A DNA stretch of 64,000 nt from Epiperipatus broadwayi (lineage: Eukaryota > Animalia > Onychophora). Position numbers and translations under genes: made by a program. Location: contig JAQFVV010000005.1 of the NCBI GenBank assembly GCA_028023455.1, positions 19,158,001 through 19,222,000 on the forward strand. Reading direction: 5' to 3'. This document shows positions 46,872 through 61,160 of the stretch, in pieces (the stretch's first letter is position 1; each line of letters starts with the position of its first letter). Below the pieces are notes generated by a model. The model was not told where the DNA came from. It was given only the letters and a program-made list of their open reading frames with translations, and did not search any database.

Positions 46872-47669
46872 CTACATAGCCTGACATCTTTTCCAATTTT
46901 TTCTCAAAATAAATTCTTTGAGATCTGTGTATTTCAAATGAAAGCTACCAAAGTGCAGAACTTTTATTAACACTGATAATAAGTATGCAGCAATAACTAT
47001 AATGAGAATAAAAGAAGAAGAAAAAGATGCAGAGATACTAGGGCTGCATTAATATTTCATTTAATCTTTATACAAAACCAAATAGTCTGTGCAGTGATGA
47101 TCTCTATTTTCACTCGTGTTATTTGATTGAGTATATAACGATGTTTGATGATTTTCATATTTAACCGTAAGTCCAGAATTTAGGCCTTCTAATTTCTCTC
47201 CTTTAAAAGTATTGCTAAAATATATTTTGATTTATATGATAATGTTCAAGTTTTTATTTAATCAAAAAAATCATATGAACAGTGTTAGGATTTCAATTAT
47301 TCAAATGGCAGGTTGAAGTGTAGCAACTTCATTCAAGTGACCCAACTGAGATTCTTTTTTTATTTTCTAATATTAAAACACAAATTAGTCAATGCAGTTG
47401 ATAATTTTGACTGTACAGTATATCAGTTTTCCTCAGAGTTATTAATCCACAAAACATATAAGTACCACTGTTATTAAACTATTATATACCTATAAAATCA
47501 ATTATCTATACACATTATACCAACTATTAACATTATATCTAATTATTGTAATTTAAATGTGATTTTATACATATCTAAATGACAATTTTAACTGTATGGA
47601 TAGTCTTCCTCACCTGTAAATCTACTATACATATAAATACCACAATTATCAAATATAATATACGCCTTA

Positions 47670-48303
47670 TCCTGAGAGTAATTATTATCTCATTACTAAT
47701 CAGAAGAGCACAGGTAACTTTAAATAAATTCAAGCACAAGTTAAAATAACAAAACAAATTTATTCAATGCCAAATAACAAAATAGAAAAGAATAAAGAGT
47801 AAATAATAATTAAAAATTTCATAAGAAATGTTTAAAGCCTATAGATAAGTCTCTACTTGTATGTGTCAATTTCTATATATACACAGTAGATAATTATAAT
47901 CCATTGCATTACGTTCTGAAATGAAAATAGTTCGTCACACACCAATTCCGATATAACTGCAATATCTAAATTTATATCTTATTAGCAAAGATCCTAAAAT
48001 TAGGCAATTATTATATCAACAGTATTCAGACTATCCACTGATTTTTAGTTTACAAACCATACAATTATTATGCTTCCCTCCACACACAACTAGCTCTTAG
48101 CAGGAGTTTTTTATAGGCCCATTTTGACATACTTATTTCTCATGAGCATAAATGACTCTTGATATACATTTAAATATATAATAGGCATAAGTAGATTTTC
48201 TAGAGTAGCATAATAAAAAGAAAATATTTTTTTTATATACTGTCTGCATATATTTTCATGATTAAGAAATAAACTTTATTTATATTCTTTTATATGCAAT
48301 ACA
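47670..48303. repeat. Diverged direct repeat (partner at about 52796-53408), possible LTR pair of the Gypsy remnant between them
   Basis: Collinear similarity over about 630 bp. On the minus strand a purine tract GGAGAGGAGAAGTGGAC directly precedes TGT at 48303. The other boundaries and a TSD are unclear. Confidence 0.5.
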
Positions 48304-51300
48304 GTCCACTTCTCCTCTCCACTCTAGAAATGATGCTCTTGTTCGTATACATAATTGTCTAATTTAGCAAGTTTTCTGTATACCCATGCTCTTCTCACGA
48401 AAAGTCTTTCTTCCTTTTCTTGTGAAGTTATAATCTTTCCTTATTGTTGAAGCCCTCTTGAAGTAATATGATTTTCCACTGGTTCAATAGTTTGATTCTA
48501 GATTGGACATTTTTTCCAGCAACCTATTTCCACAGTTTGCTCCTCCTTCGCAAGAAAATTTTCATCATTTGCTGATTTAAGACAAATATTATCTACATCT
48601 GCTATCCCACTTTCATGATGCCAAAAATGATTTATATGTCTCTTAAACTTCTTTCTATTATCCAATTTTTATTAATCTGATTTGCTTGGATAACATTTTC
48701 TATAGTTCTCCTCATGGCCATTTACTTTTTAAAGTGTCACATATCCAAAAGTTTTCTCCAACTTTAAAATTTTCACAATCCATGAGTCATTTAAGTTGAT
48801 AACAATTTTTATAGATGAGTATGGAATTTTCTGTGGATTAACAATTCAACCAGTGTTTTATTAGTAGCTGTATATGGACTAAAGTGCTGAGAAAACATTC
48901 CATCTAATAATGCTTCCATAGATTTTATTCAATGTAGAGTTTAAGTGAACTGCTTTCTTGGCAAGACGATTGATTTTCTAATGGTATGGTAATATAAGCA
49001 TCTGGCATCTTCCTTTATCTGTTAGAAAAATTCTTAAATTGCAGAAAGCCAGTTCTGTTGTCCACCGCAATAGTCTTGGGAAAACTATGATTTGCAAAGA
49101 GTTTAAGTGCTCTAATGGTGTTTTCTGCACTAATGTCATTGATTTTATATTCTGTCCACTGTGAATATGAGTCCATGACTATTAAGAATATATACCCATT
49201 TATTAGTCCAGCATGTTTTGGATGAAGATGCTTCCAAGGTTGAGTGAATTTAGATCAAAAGTCCAGATTTTTGGGTCGGAAATTAGAAAATTATTAACGC
49301 TGTATACAATTCTTCATCATTTGTTCAATTTCTACCGAACGTTTTACTGAGCCAAATCTTTCATATAAATAACAATTGGATAACCTTGATGAAGAGAAGT
49401 GTAGACTTTTAACTTCCTGTAGGAAAGAAAATATGATCGGTCATCAATACGCAGCAATTACAAATGGATAAGCTCTCTCACTCATTCCAGATAGGCTTAA
49501 CAACTTTGTTGGAACATGTATCCAGCCAATTTTGCTTAATCCACTTCATTAACATTGCATAGCCCATCTTCTCTTGTCTATTTAACTATTATTGAACAGT
49601 TTATCAATTTAGAATTAATGGAATCAATATTATCGATCTCTATCAACTTTTGTTGATATTCATTAGCATCAGTCAAACATGATAAAGTATTTGCATGGTT
49701 AATCTGCTTTCCATACTTAAATAACAGTTTAGCATATTTATCCAGAGTAACATATGTTGGCTTGTATGTTCTGGAATTTTTTTATCATTGTCAAATATTT
49801 CCAGTAGTAGATGATGATCATACACATTTGAAATTTACATCCATGAATATATTGATGGAATTTCCTCAAGTCAAAAATTATATCTAAAGCTTTGTTGAGT
49901 TGACTGTAACATTTTGTCAGTTGCCAACAATGTGCTCAAGGCATATACTATAGAACATTTTCCTCCATAGTAGCGATGGGAAATCACGCCACCAAGTCCA
50001 CATTTTGATGTGTCCATTATAATTATCATGTCCAGATTGCACTGATAATGTATGAAGAGTTGATTTGACATAAGTAGTTCTTTAACTTTCTGGAAGACAA
50101 TATCCTGTTCTTCAGATCATTTCCATTGTCACTTTTAATAATTTATATAAAGGTGATAACATATCAGACTTTCCTTTAAGAAAACTCTGATAAAAGTTCA
50201 ATAGACTTTAAAATGCCTATAAATCTTTTATATTCTAAGGTTGCTCATCATTTTTTTATTGTTTTTACTTTATCTGGGTTAGGACATTTTACGTTTTTAT
50301 TAATTACACAACCGAGAAACTTTATCTCCAACATCAACCATATACATTTAGCAGTATTTAGCTTCACTCCTATTTTCTCCAATTTGAAATAGACTTTATC
50401 TATACATATTGCCAGTTCACGCTTAAATTCACGGTAATCAGTATAACTTCTAACTATGATGTGATGCCTTCCATTCCATGAAATAAATTATTCATTTTAA
50501 TTTGAACAATATTAGGTACAATTATAATGCCATATGGCAACTTATAACATTTGCAAAGTGCCAAATCATAGTAAGAGTTAATAATTATGCCATTCTATCA
50601 GTGACAGAGATTTGGTGAAAAGTGAACTTAAATCTATATTTGCAAAAAATGAAACTTTTTATAACAATGCTAGTAATTCCTGTATGCTGGAAATAGGATA
50701 GACTCCTTTATTAATAAAATTAAATAGAATATCATGATAATCTTTTTGTAGGTGAAGATTTCCATCCGGGATCATAATAACTACTAATAATGTATCCCAG
50801 GGCAAATCATCTACCGGTGTTAATATACCTTTGTGAACCATCCTGTTGAGTGTTTTTCACTTTCTCCTTTAATGCGAATGGAACTTTACATGGCTTGCAT
50901 ACAATTAGGTAATGTTCATAGGTCATGTCAATAACTCTGCTGATCCTCACATGAACTGCCAAGAGTATTTTTCCTAACTACCACTTCCACTCTCTTAATA
51001 ATGTTTATGTAGATTCCCAAAGAATGAAACCAATTTCTCCCTAGTTAATGGACTAAAATCTTTATTGACAATATCCAGTGGTAAAAATTTACCTTTAGAA
51101 TTTAATTTCACGGGTACAGTCACTTTTCCATATATTTCTATCTTATTTCCATTTACCTCCATAATGATAACATCAGTTTTCATAATGATATATTCTTCTT
51201 ATATCTACCACTAATTTTCATCCAGTCTTTATATGATAATAATGACAAACCCGCTGCACAATCAAATTCCATAATAATTTTCTTTTTCGAATATATTCAC

Positions 51301-52204
51301 ATCCATCAGAATATGGTCATTATTCATATTATTTAATTTCTTTATACTATATTTTCTTATTAATCTCCCTCCCCAAGATTTATAGTCCAGCATTATTTGT
51401 TTTATCACTCCTGTCTTTATTGCAACAGACCCATGTGATATGTCCTGTTGTTTTACAAATATTGCATTTTTCACTTCTAAATTTGCATTTTTATTAAAAT
51501 GGCCATTTGTGCCATAGCTAAACAATATCAAAACATTTTTGTACTCCGAAGTCCAGTCTATCTGTATCTGATTTTTTTGGATATTTATCTATTTGTTTAG
51601 AGAGTAGAAATTCCAAAGTGTCATCTAATATAGTTGTCCAGTCTATCTGTATCTGTTTTCTTCGAATACTTATCTATTTATTTAGAAAATAGAAATTTCG
51701 AAGTATCATCAATATAGTTTTTTGTGTGATGCACTTTTTTATTGCATGTTTATAAGTAAGGTCTGGTTCACTTAATAATATTTTTCTAAAGTTATTGTCT
51801 ATCCTTCCATATAATAGTTGGTCAAATAACCCATCTCTATGCCATAATCACACTTTGCTAATGTATTCAATGTTATATCACAATCCTGATATTCTCACAG
51901 AGTAGTTGATTTTATTTCTCAATCTTAATCATGCCACACATTTAATCATCACAGATATGAAATAAATGTTTAATTTTACCTTCAACTCTTAATATGGAAC
52001 TTCTTCAGGGATCCTAGGATCGCAGAGTTGATTTGTCAGTTGCAATACATCTTTTCCCGCAAATCCCATAAGCTTAGATACTTTCATTTTTTTGACCTCT
52101 ATTTTATTTAACATACACCTTTCAATATGGTCCGTATAACTCTTCCATGAAGCAGCACTATTTATTATTAATTGATTGTGGTAATGAGTAAATGATAATG
52201 ACAA
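48304..52204 (-). mobile_element. Decayed Gypsy (Mag/K02A2.6-like) gag-pol
   Basis: Gag N-terminus WKSYTDHIER...KVSKLMGFAG (51989-52204), RT piece (LTPVDDLPWDTLLVVIMIPDG), RNase H piece (DTSKCGLGGVIS) and integrase piece (GYIFLIVMDSYSQWTE near 49150-49210). An 84-bp tandem duplication lies near 51550-51720. Confidence 0.8.
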
Positions 52205-53431
52205 GGCTCATTACTATAAAAGAATGAGATGTATAGAATGTCCTATCGTGATATAAAATGAAAATGTTTTATTGTTCCAAGAACAGCTTTACAAATACTG
52301 TGACTAATGAAAAAATAATCAGACTTAATGCAAAATATTATTCAATACCATAACCCTAACATTCTAACTTCTAATGCTATGCATTATTTTACAAGTTAAT
52401 TAACAAATATATTCATTGTATGAATTTTTATATAAAAACTGTTTATACTTACTAATATATATTTTATTTTAGTCAAACCTATACAGTTTAGAATGTTTCC
52501 TTGACAGTAAAATGTGAAACAAACAGATCTACATAATGGCAATAAAATGCTTTATAAGTAGTTAATACCTTCTCCTTTACAATCATTTATAACAAATTAT
52601 TTTAATTCATATGATTTTGCAGTGTTATCCATATTGAAAACACAAATGTTGCTGCTTCCGTAACATTTTTCCTGTTTGCTAGACAAACTATTTGCACATA
52701 GACTTCCATCAACTCCATGTAGATTTATATTAACAGTATTTAACTATGTTTCATTGGATATTTTCCCATTGTCGACTGTGCCATTCTGCTATGTCCTGAA
52801 GGTATTATTATCTCAATACCCGTTGGAAGAGCATAGGCACCATTAAATAAATTCGAGCACTAGTTAAATAACAAACAAATTTATTTAATGTTAAATAACA
52901 AAATAGAAAAAGAATAAAGAGTAAATAACAATTAGAAATTGCATTAGAAATTTCTAAAATCTATATATAAGTTTCTACTTATGTGGGTCAATTTCTACAC
53001 ACATACAGTAGATAATTATAATCATTGTATATATATCTGAAATGAAGACAATTTGTCTAGCACCAATTCTGATATAAGAGCAATACATTAGTGAAGATTC
53101 TAAACTTTGGCAGTTATTATATCAACAGTATTCATGCTATCCACTGTTCTTTAATATACGTATCATATTCGCAATTATTACACTTCCACCCACACACACA
53201 GATAGTCCTTAGCAGGATTTTTTTTAATATGAGTTCATTTTTGCATAATTATTTCTCATTAGCGTAACTGACTTTTAATATATATTTAAATAATTAGCAT
53301 ATGTAAATTTTCTAGAGTACCATAAAAATTAGATATTTTATTCATATATTGTCAGCATATATTTACACGATTAAATAATAAACTTTATTCACATTTGCTA
53401 TATACAATAAACACATAGACAATCTAATATA

Positions 53432-54049
53432 GGTAAAGGTTTACTATAGCGGCTTCTTTGAAGCCGCTATATATATGTCTGCCTCTATTGTTTAAAATTT
53501 AAACTAAATTGTTTGAAAATCTTACGTACAAATAAATTAAAATTTAATCAAATGTAAAAGATAATAAAAAAAAACATTAACCTTTTTAAAGAATTTGAAT
53601 GTTGGATTAATTACACGACATTAATTAAAAAAATTACTTTTAATTTCTTTGAAAGTTAAGAATTTAAAGTGTCTACAATGTAAGAGTTTAAACTCTACAT
53701 TTATAGCACATGTTGCAAAAAAAAAAAACCCTCTGTGTTCAGCAGCGCGAATTACACGCACACGTGTACACTTTTATAGTTTGAAAAAATGGCTGCTACA
53801 TGCTTAGTTTAAATTCTTAACTTTCAAAGAAATTAAAAGTAATTCTTTTAATTAATGTCGTGCAATTAATCCAACATTCAAATTCTTTAAAAAGGTTAAT
53901 GTTTTTTTTTATTATCTTTTACATTTGATTAAATTTTAATTTGTTTGTACGTAAGATTTTCAAACAATTTAGTTTAAATTTTAAACAATAGAGGGCAGAC
54001 ATATATATATATAGCGGCTTCTTTGAAGCCGCTATAGTAAACCTTTATC
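53432..54049. mobile_element. MITE with about 225-bp TIRs, probably Merlin-like
   Basis: TIRs start GGTAAAGG and GATAAAGG, with an 8-bp TSD CTAATATA at 53424-53431 and 54050-54057. Subterminal palindrome ATAGCGGCTTCTTTGAAGCCGCTAT. Superfamily inferred from the GGNRM start and the 8-bp TSD. Confidence 0.75.
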
Positions 54050-54099
54050 CTAATATATATATATACAAAATAAACTGTCCATACACAGTATATCAATTA

Positions 54100-55060
54100 T
54101 ATGTAAAATATTAAATATTACTAATTTTAACAGCATTAAATTAATTTTTACTACTGCTCGAGTATGTAATGTTTCTGATTATAATCATATCACAGAAGCC
54201 TCTCATTCCAATATGTTACTCAGAACAATTTTGCAGGCAGACTCATAAAGAATCATTTTAATAAACTTGCAACTACAATTTTACTTTTCATTTATCAATG
54301 CCCATTCATTCAGTATGACAAAAGGAGAACTCCTCTTTCATCTGACCTCCAATTATATATATTAACGCTGATATCTGAAAACACTGAAACTTATTACTAG
54401 TTGCAATCTTTGTTCAAAAATTAATCAAGTCAGTTTACCATTTCATATATTATTTTAAATTAAATATTACTAATTTCAATAATTTTTGCTACTACTCGAA
54501 TCTGTAGCATTTATGATTATAATCCTATCACAAGACACTTTCGTTTCAAATACGTTACAACATATATGGTTGGAGATCAGATAAAAGAGGAATTCACCTT
54601 TGTCAGATTGAATGAATGGGCATTGATAAATGAAAAATAGGATTGTATTTTCAAGTTCATTAAAATGACTCGTTATGAGCTGCCTGCAATATAGTTTTGA
54701 CTAATGTATTTGGAATGAGTATTCGGAGATATGATTATAATCATAAACATTGCATATTCAAACAGTAGTAAAAGCTATTTACATGCTATTGAAATTAGTA
54801 AAATAATATATGAAATGTTAAGTTGGCTTGATTAATTTGTGAACTAAGATTGCCACTAATAATAAGTTTCAGCATTTTCAGATATCAATATTGATTTATT
54901 TATAATATATATGGCTGGAAATCAGATAAAGACAAATTACCCTTTTGTCAGACTGAATGAACTGAAAAGTAAAATTGTATTTGCAAGTTTATTAAAATAA
55001 GTCTGCCTTCAAAATAGATCTGAGTAATGTATTTGGAACGAGAGTGTTTTGTGACAAGTT
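54100..55060. repeat. Old locally duplicated/inverted repeat cluster
   Basis: 54140-54360 is mirrored at about 54560-54780, which is partly repeated at about 54910-55050. Highly diverged. Confidence 0.55.
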
Positions 55061-56399
55061 TATAAAATATTAAATCTAATATAATTCAAATGTTTTTTAT
55101 ATTAACTTATTATTTATACTATTTTATTTATGCTTAAATATTCAATTTTAATTATGTTTAATTTTAAATTTAATTTATTATTAATGCTTTATAAACAATT
55201 TGTATCTTATACATATATGCCTCTTTCATAAATTTAAAACATTATTTATAAAAATACTACTTTTGAAATACTATTACAACTACCACTAAAATTTATTTTA
55301 TATCAACGAAATTGTGATAATAATAATATATCTATTTTATAATATATCATTTTAGTTATTAAATTTTTTTTTTTCATCTTTTACCTTTCTACATATTAAA
55401 ATTAAAAACTAAAAAAGTTGGAGCGTTTAAATTTTTCTTTAACTATCACGCCCTCTATATTTATTTTTGTAAACAGATCTTGCTCCATCTGGAAACTTAG
55501 TTTTTGGTTCCATTTTTCTATTACTATATTAAAATGCACAGAAAAACACAGATTACTACTCAGAGTTCCCAGATATCCACCCAACACAGACTTTAACTTC
55601 ACTTAATTCATTCATCAGATAAGAAGTGATTTATTTAAAGTAATATAATCATAATGTGAAAGTTATTCAATGTTTGTAAAAGCCTATCTATAGAATGTAA
55701 AATCAGTATAATAACAGTTTACAAGAGAAATATCACTTGGCATTAAAAAATTGCATAATATATTTATTTAAACATAAAATTGTAAATAGAATGCAAAAAT
55801 ATTTATCACTGGTTTCTATAAACATCAGCAATAAATTTATTTTATTTGTCCTATGCTTAAGTGCTATATTTCTGTCTGACCCTAGAATAAATTAACTCAT
55901 TCTGAATAATAAAGCCTTACATGGTTTAGTGTAGGAGTAGAGTAGGTTCAGTATGTCTACAGATACATGTCCGTCACTTCTGGTGCTCAAATGTCATGCA
56001 ATCTCCTTTACTAATGATGAACATTATACAAACATCAAATTATGGTACTATAAATGTATGTTAAATTGTTTTCCAACTACCTAGGCTATTATAACCAAAT
56101 GATAATATTTGATCATCAGTAATAGTATTCCATACTTGTTTATTCGGGCTTATTTAATTTATTCTAATATTTCAATTAATAGAACTTTTATCATAAACTT
56201 TAATGACCCCTGATATACTTGCAAAGAAATGGAAGCCTGTCTTTCATAAATACAACCACATCAGAATATATTTATAATTCTAGTTAAACAAAAACACACA
56301 TACAATCATACATACATTGGAACAGATTACTGTTACCTTAATAATATAATTGCTACAAATATATTCCTAACAGTACATTATACTCTTCCTTAGCTTCAT

Positions 56400-57450
56400 T
56401 TCCATACCATTATTATTTTCTAATTCAGCCAATCATTTGCTCCAGTTAGACTTTTCTCAATTACTCCTTTACACTAAATAATATGATCCCAATACTGATA
56501 TCCACCTGGAGATAGATGATATCTCAAAACTCATAATTTTAAACCACCGATTGAACTCAGGCAAATCTCCATCCAGTCATTAGTTCAACAACTCCACAAA
56601 GAGGTCATTGTTTTGCTAAGCTAGACCAAGACTATCATCTTTCAATCTCAATATTAAATGACACTACTGATTAATGTTTTCCCTGCTTACACATAACATA
56701 AGCTTTTGGCAGCAGTTCCTTTCTTACTGCTCGAGTCATCTACAGTAAGCTTGGGTAATCAATGGCCACTAGACATTAAAGACATAAGATCCAAAATCCT
56801 TATGAAGGAAAGCTTACAAACCAGAAACAAGTCTAGGAATGTAAATACAATAGCACAACTATCAAATGTCCATATATAATTTAAGCTTTCAATAGATGGC
56901 ACTAGAGTAGAATGAAAATAATCATTCCGAAAGTCAAAAAAAAAAAAAGAATAATTTAGCTAATCTTCAGGTTAGATGAAGGTAAACTAGAAATTAGATA
57001 GAGACTAACAGGTTGTTGCCAGTGCAATAGCAGCATTATTAACTACATATGTAAACAGAAAATTTTTATGAGGACTTGATGCAAATAAAATCCTAATTAA
57101 TAACTTGAAATTAAATTTATAGTACATCCAGAACAATAATTCCTAATCTATAGCATGAGCATTATTTTGGATGAAGATGAAAAACTTGGAAAGAACTTTG
57201 AAGATAAATCCAATAAACAGCAATTCTATAAACTAGATTTACAGATCTGAAAAAACTAATTAATCTCTGAATCCTTCTCTCTCCTCATACTTAGCCCAAA
57301 TTCTCAACATTACCCAGGATGTTGTTCTCCAGCAGTTTTACAAACTTAAACCCACAACACTAATATCTGATCTCTCCCAGCCTATTAAAAACAATTATCA
57401 CATACTCCTCACCTTAGACTAAATAATCTCTTAAATTATGAAGCTCTAGA
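56400..57450 (+). mobile_element. Possible very decayed LINE fragment
   Basis: Only a coding-like composition and faint endonuclease-like words. No firm motif. Confidence 0.2.
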
Positions 57451-58187
57451 AAAAGTTACCTGTCAAACACTGATTAATAAATTATATTCTCATTTTAAAA
57501 AAAGCATCACCATCCCTTGTAGACTGTGGGAGGAATAAAATAACATTTATACTTATTTTTTTGTTTTCTGTATCTAAAGTGAATAAAATGTCTTGCCTGA
57601 AAAGCAAGAATTACAAATGCTAGAGAAGATTTAAATCCATGGTGAACATCATTATAACAAAAATTAATCATCAAAAAAAATACAATATAGTTAATCAAAT
57701 TATTAAAATAAGTAATGTCCAATGCAGTTTAGCACAATTGTAGAGCAGTTGAATCAGAAATTAAAGATCCATGGATTGAAGTTCAAGTTTATCATTTTCA
57801 GTGCTTAAACATCATATGACTTCCGGATTTAAACCAATGATTACTGATTAGAGTGAGATTATTAAATTAGAAAGCAGTTGTTAGTAATGAAACAATGTCT
57901 GAGACTCTTTCTACTTAAAGATATACACAATAAAATATCATAACAATTCTATTTATAGAATTTTTTGTTGCGTCCTTCATTACAATGTTGGCATCATTTA
58001 AAAAAAAAAAAATTCTAAATTCATGTGACAATCTTTCTAAGCATATATCTTGTCAGTAGTTTGTGATATTATTATCTGATTGATAGAAAATATCTTACTT
58101 ACAAAATTATATTTCCAAGTAAAAACCCTACTATCCCTTTTTCCCATTCATATGAAACTTTATTAAAAATAATTTTCAAAAATTTAC

Positions 58188-58306
58188 TTGTAAACTCCTG
58201 TATACACATTCCGTTTTTTTTCCTTCCTCACAGTTTCAGCTTCCTGGCGTAATTCTTCCATAAGCTCACTTGAAGTTACTTCCTTTTTTCGACCTAATGG
58301 CAGAAG
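58188..58306 (-). CDS. LRRC47: LRRC47 internal exon
   Basis: Acceptor tttttag then LLPLGRKKEVTSSELMEELRQEAETVRKEKKRNVYTGVY+AA then donor gtaaat. 119 nt. Resembles [31 protein letters not shown]. Confidence 0.93.
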
Positions 58307-58452
58307 CTAAAAAAATGATTAACAAAAATAAGCTTTAAAATAATAAAAAATAAAATTAGTAAGATGAATCATTAAATAGCATCTATGTGTGTGTGTCTTT
58401 GTGTTTCCTGAAGATTTGTAAAGATGGTATTTTAGTTGTATTTTTATAATGG

Positions 58453-58770
58453 ATGTCTTTAGAAAAATTTAACTTTATTTAAATATTCCAAATACATTCA
58501 ACTGTTAGTAATAGCACACCAAACTGTTGCCTTTGGCAGGATGGCTCAGTTGGTTAGAGTGTTACTTTAAAATTCAATACTCAAGAATCTAAGGGACCAG
58601 GTTCGAATCCCATGTTAGTACTGTCATTGGTCAGGCCAGCAATACCTGAAGAAAAGGGAAGAATAATATCTCTTGAAACATTGTGGATTTACTAACCTGT
58701 TTGATGTGCTATAACTAACAGTTGAATGTATTTGGAATATTTAAATAAAGTTAAATTTTTCTAAAGACAT
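58453..58770 (+). mobile_element. Hairpin element with tRNA-like head and decayed hammerhead in the loop
   Basis: Arms 58453-58526 and about 58697-58770. A-box TGGCTCAGTTGG (58542-58553), B-box GGTTCGAATCC (58600-58610), then CTGAAGA-A-AAGGGA...TCTCTT-GAAAC-ATT-GTG (58646-58685). Confidence 0.6.
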
Positions 58771-59376
58771 TCAATACTCATATTAGTCTGTGTGTTTGAC
58801 GTCATAGCTGTGACTAAAAAAAGTATAAATGAATTTACACTTTACAATAAACAATAGACATTCTAAATACATAAATATTTGATTAATAGTTCTAGTATAT
58901 CAATCAAATATTTTTAAATCTCTGGCATCTAACGAAAATAATCATATTTGAAACATATATAGTGGAAGAGCGGTGGTTTGATTTTTTGGTTGGATGTTGA
59001 CTAAAAATATTATCATTTAGCATTGTGCAACAGTTTAAAATTTATGACTGTTACAATAATATATAGTGTAATTATTATACTATACACACAAGCATGCACA
59101 TTACCATATATATATAAATATTACACTACACCACAGCCAAACATGCTTACAGTTATCAATAAATATTTTAATAATCACAATCATAGCCACATTAGATAAA
59201 GGTAATAAATAGATCAATCTATTTTAACCATGACAAATAATGGAATAAAATTCACAAATATATAAATACAAGCATATACAACACACACACATATTACATT
59301 TTCAAATTTTGAATATTTATCAAAATCAACCTGATACACTACATGATAATACTAATAAGATTAACACTGATAGATA

Positions 59377-60353
59377 CACCTGGGTCTCATTTTATGCGGA
59401 TTATTTTAATGCGATTTTGAAGTTATGCGATTCATGTTTCTTCTTAATATCTTTCATATTTCACTATATTTATTAGATATCAAGAAATTTAAATTATTAA
59501 TAACTTATTTTGACTTGAAATACTTTTTTTTTTTTCAAAAATATAACGTTATATTAGCAGCTAACGTGAATATGGCCTGAAGCTGTATTTAGAACTTAGC
59601 TTCTATGTAAATAACCTACTTATACTAATGAGTAAATAATAATAATAGATTTATACTTACATATAAAAATATCGCAATAAATATTCAAAAAATTTAAACT
59701 TTTAAAACATATTTTGTTATATATAACAGAAATAAATAATCTTTTAGATTTTTAAAATAAAAAACGAAGATTTTATAAACTGAAAATAATCTTTCTAATG
59801 ATAATGTATAATCTTTTTGTTTTGATTGCATCTCATTTTTTTAATATAGAAACAGAAAACCATTAACACAGCACAAGACTGAAAATGGTGCTAGTTATAC
59901 ATCACATCACGAATAAAAATAAAGTGGCTAATAGGTTTCTCTGGGTATAATTGCTGAGAGATTCTTGACTTCGTTTAAGGAGAAGCCACAATACATCTTA
60001 TCACATCGAATCTGATTTCTTACCAGTTTACAAATGAACGCTAGCGATAATGATTAAAATATGTATGAAAAATGTAAAATTAAATACTGTAGTAATAAAA
60101 AAAGTAAAAAAAGTTTGTCTTGTATTAATTTTTTTCAAATATTTGAAATTTTTTATTAGTCATACTTTATTTGCTTATTTTTTTAATGCAAATTTTAAAG
60201 TAATTTTCCTTGTTGCTTTGCTTTTATGCGAATTCTGAAAATTACAGACCCTATCCCCCATTTTTCAAGGTAAATTAAGTCTACTTTTGTGCGATTTTTT
60301 TTAATGCGGGTTTTCTGTGGAACCTATCTACCGCATAAAACGAGACCCAGGTG
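59377..60353. mobile_element. Tc1/mariner-superfamily (pogo/Tigger-like) MITE
   Basis: TIRs CACCTGGGTCTC(A/G)TTTTATGCGG, TA TSD at 59375-59376 and 60354-60355, subterminal ATGCG(A/G) repeats. Confidence 0.85.
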
Positions 60354-60599
60354 TATATGATAGGGTGATTCAATCTGTATAAACATTTTTACAGCAATTT
60401 TACAAGAAATACTTTGTGGATTAAAATGTGTAGCTAAAGTAATAAAAAAAAATAGTGATTTTTATTGAGGAAACAATAAGTCAGAATTTTAGAAATATCG
60501 TAAGAAATATCAGATGAAAACAAGAAAGTAGGATTAAAGACAAATGATAAAAAGAAAGCAATGCTCATCGGCATTTCAAAAAATGAGAAAATAACCATT

Positions 60600-61160
60600 G
60601 ATAGTAATGAATTAGAAATTAAATATAAATATATTGATCACATTATTAAATACAAATGAAATATAATGGATGTAATTAATCACAAAATTAAATTTGGTGA
60701 ATGCTTTTGATAATATGCCTAAGAGCTTGAAGAGAAAAGCTTTCGATAAATGTGTTTACCAGAACTTAATTTTCAATATAAAATAGTTAATAGGAAAACA
60801 ATGTAGAGATTTCAGATCCCATGGTGAAGTATGGAAAGATGTATGTTGAAATAAGAAACAAGGATTGAAAGCAAAATACAAGGGCAAAACAGAAAATAAA
60901 CAAGCATCATTGACTTCATTTGAAAGAATTAAGATGCTAAAATGAAACAGCTGGACAAATCATAAAAAAAAAAAATGACAACAGATGAACAAATAAAATC
61001 TTAAATTGGATTCCAAGAGAAATTTCATGACTGAGAAAAAAATCACATATGAGATGGATGAATAAAAAAAGATTTCTAGAAAAATTATGAATCAAAGAAA
61101 CTGGATAAAACTCAAGAAAACTTCATTATACAGGGACTAGATAATAATAACAACATGATA
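60600..61160 (+). mobile_element. RTE-clade LINE 3' remnant
   Basis: Fragments LKRKAFDKCV, W.G(H) (CTGGACAAATCAT) and NWIPRE are typical of the RTE RT C-terminal region. Many stops. Confidence 0.6.

Noticed and set aside
50085-50120. CTGAAGA...GAAA on the minus strand
   Set aside because: It lies in Gypsy pol coding sequence and lacks proper spacing and a UH triplet.
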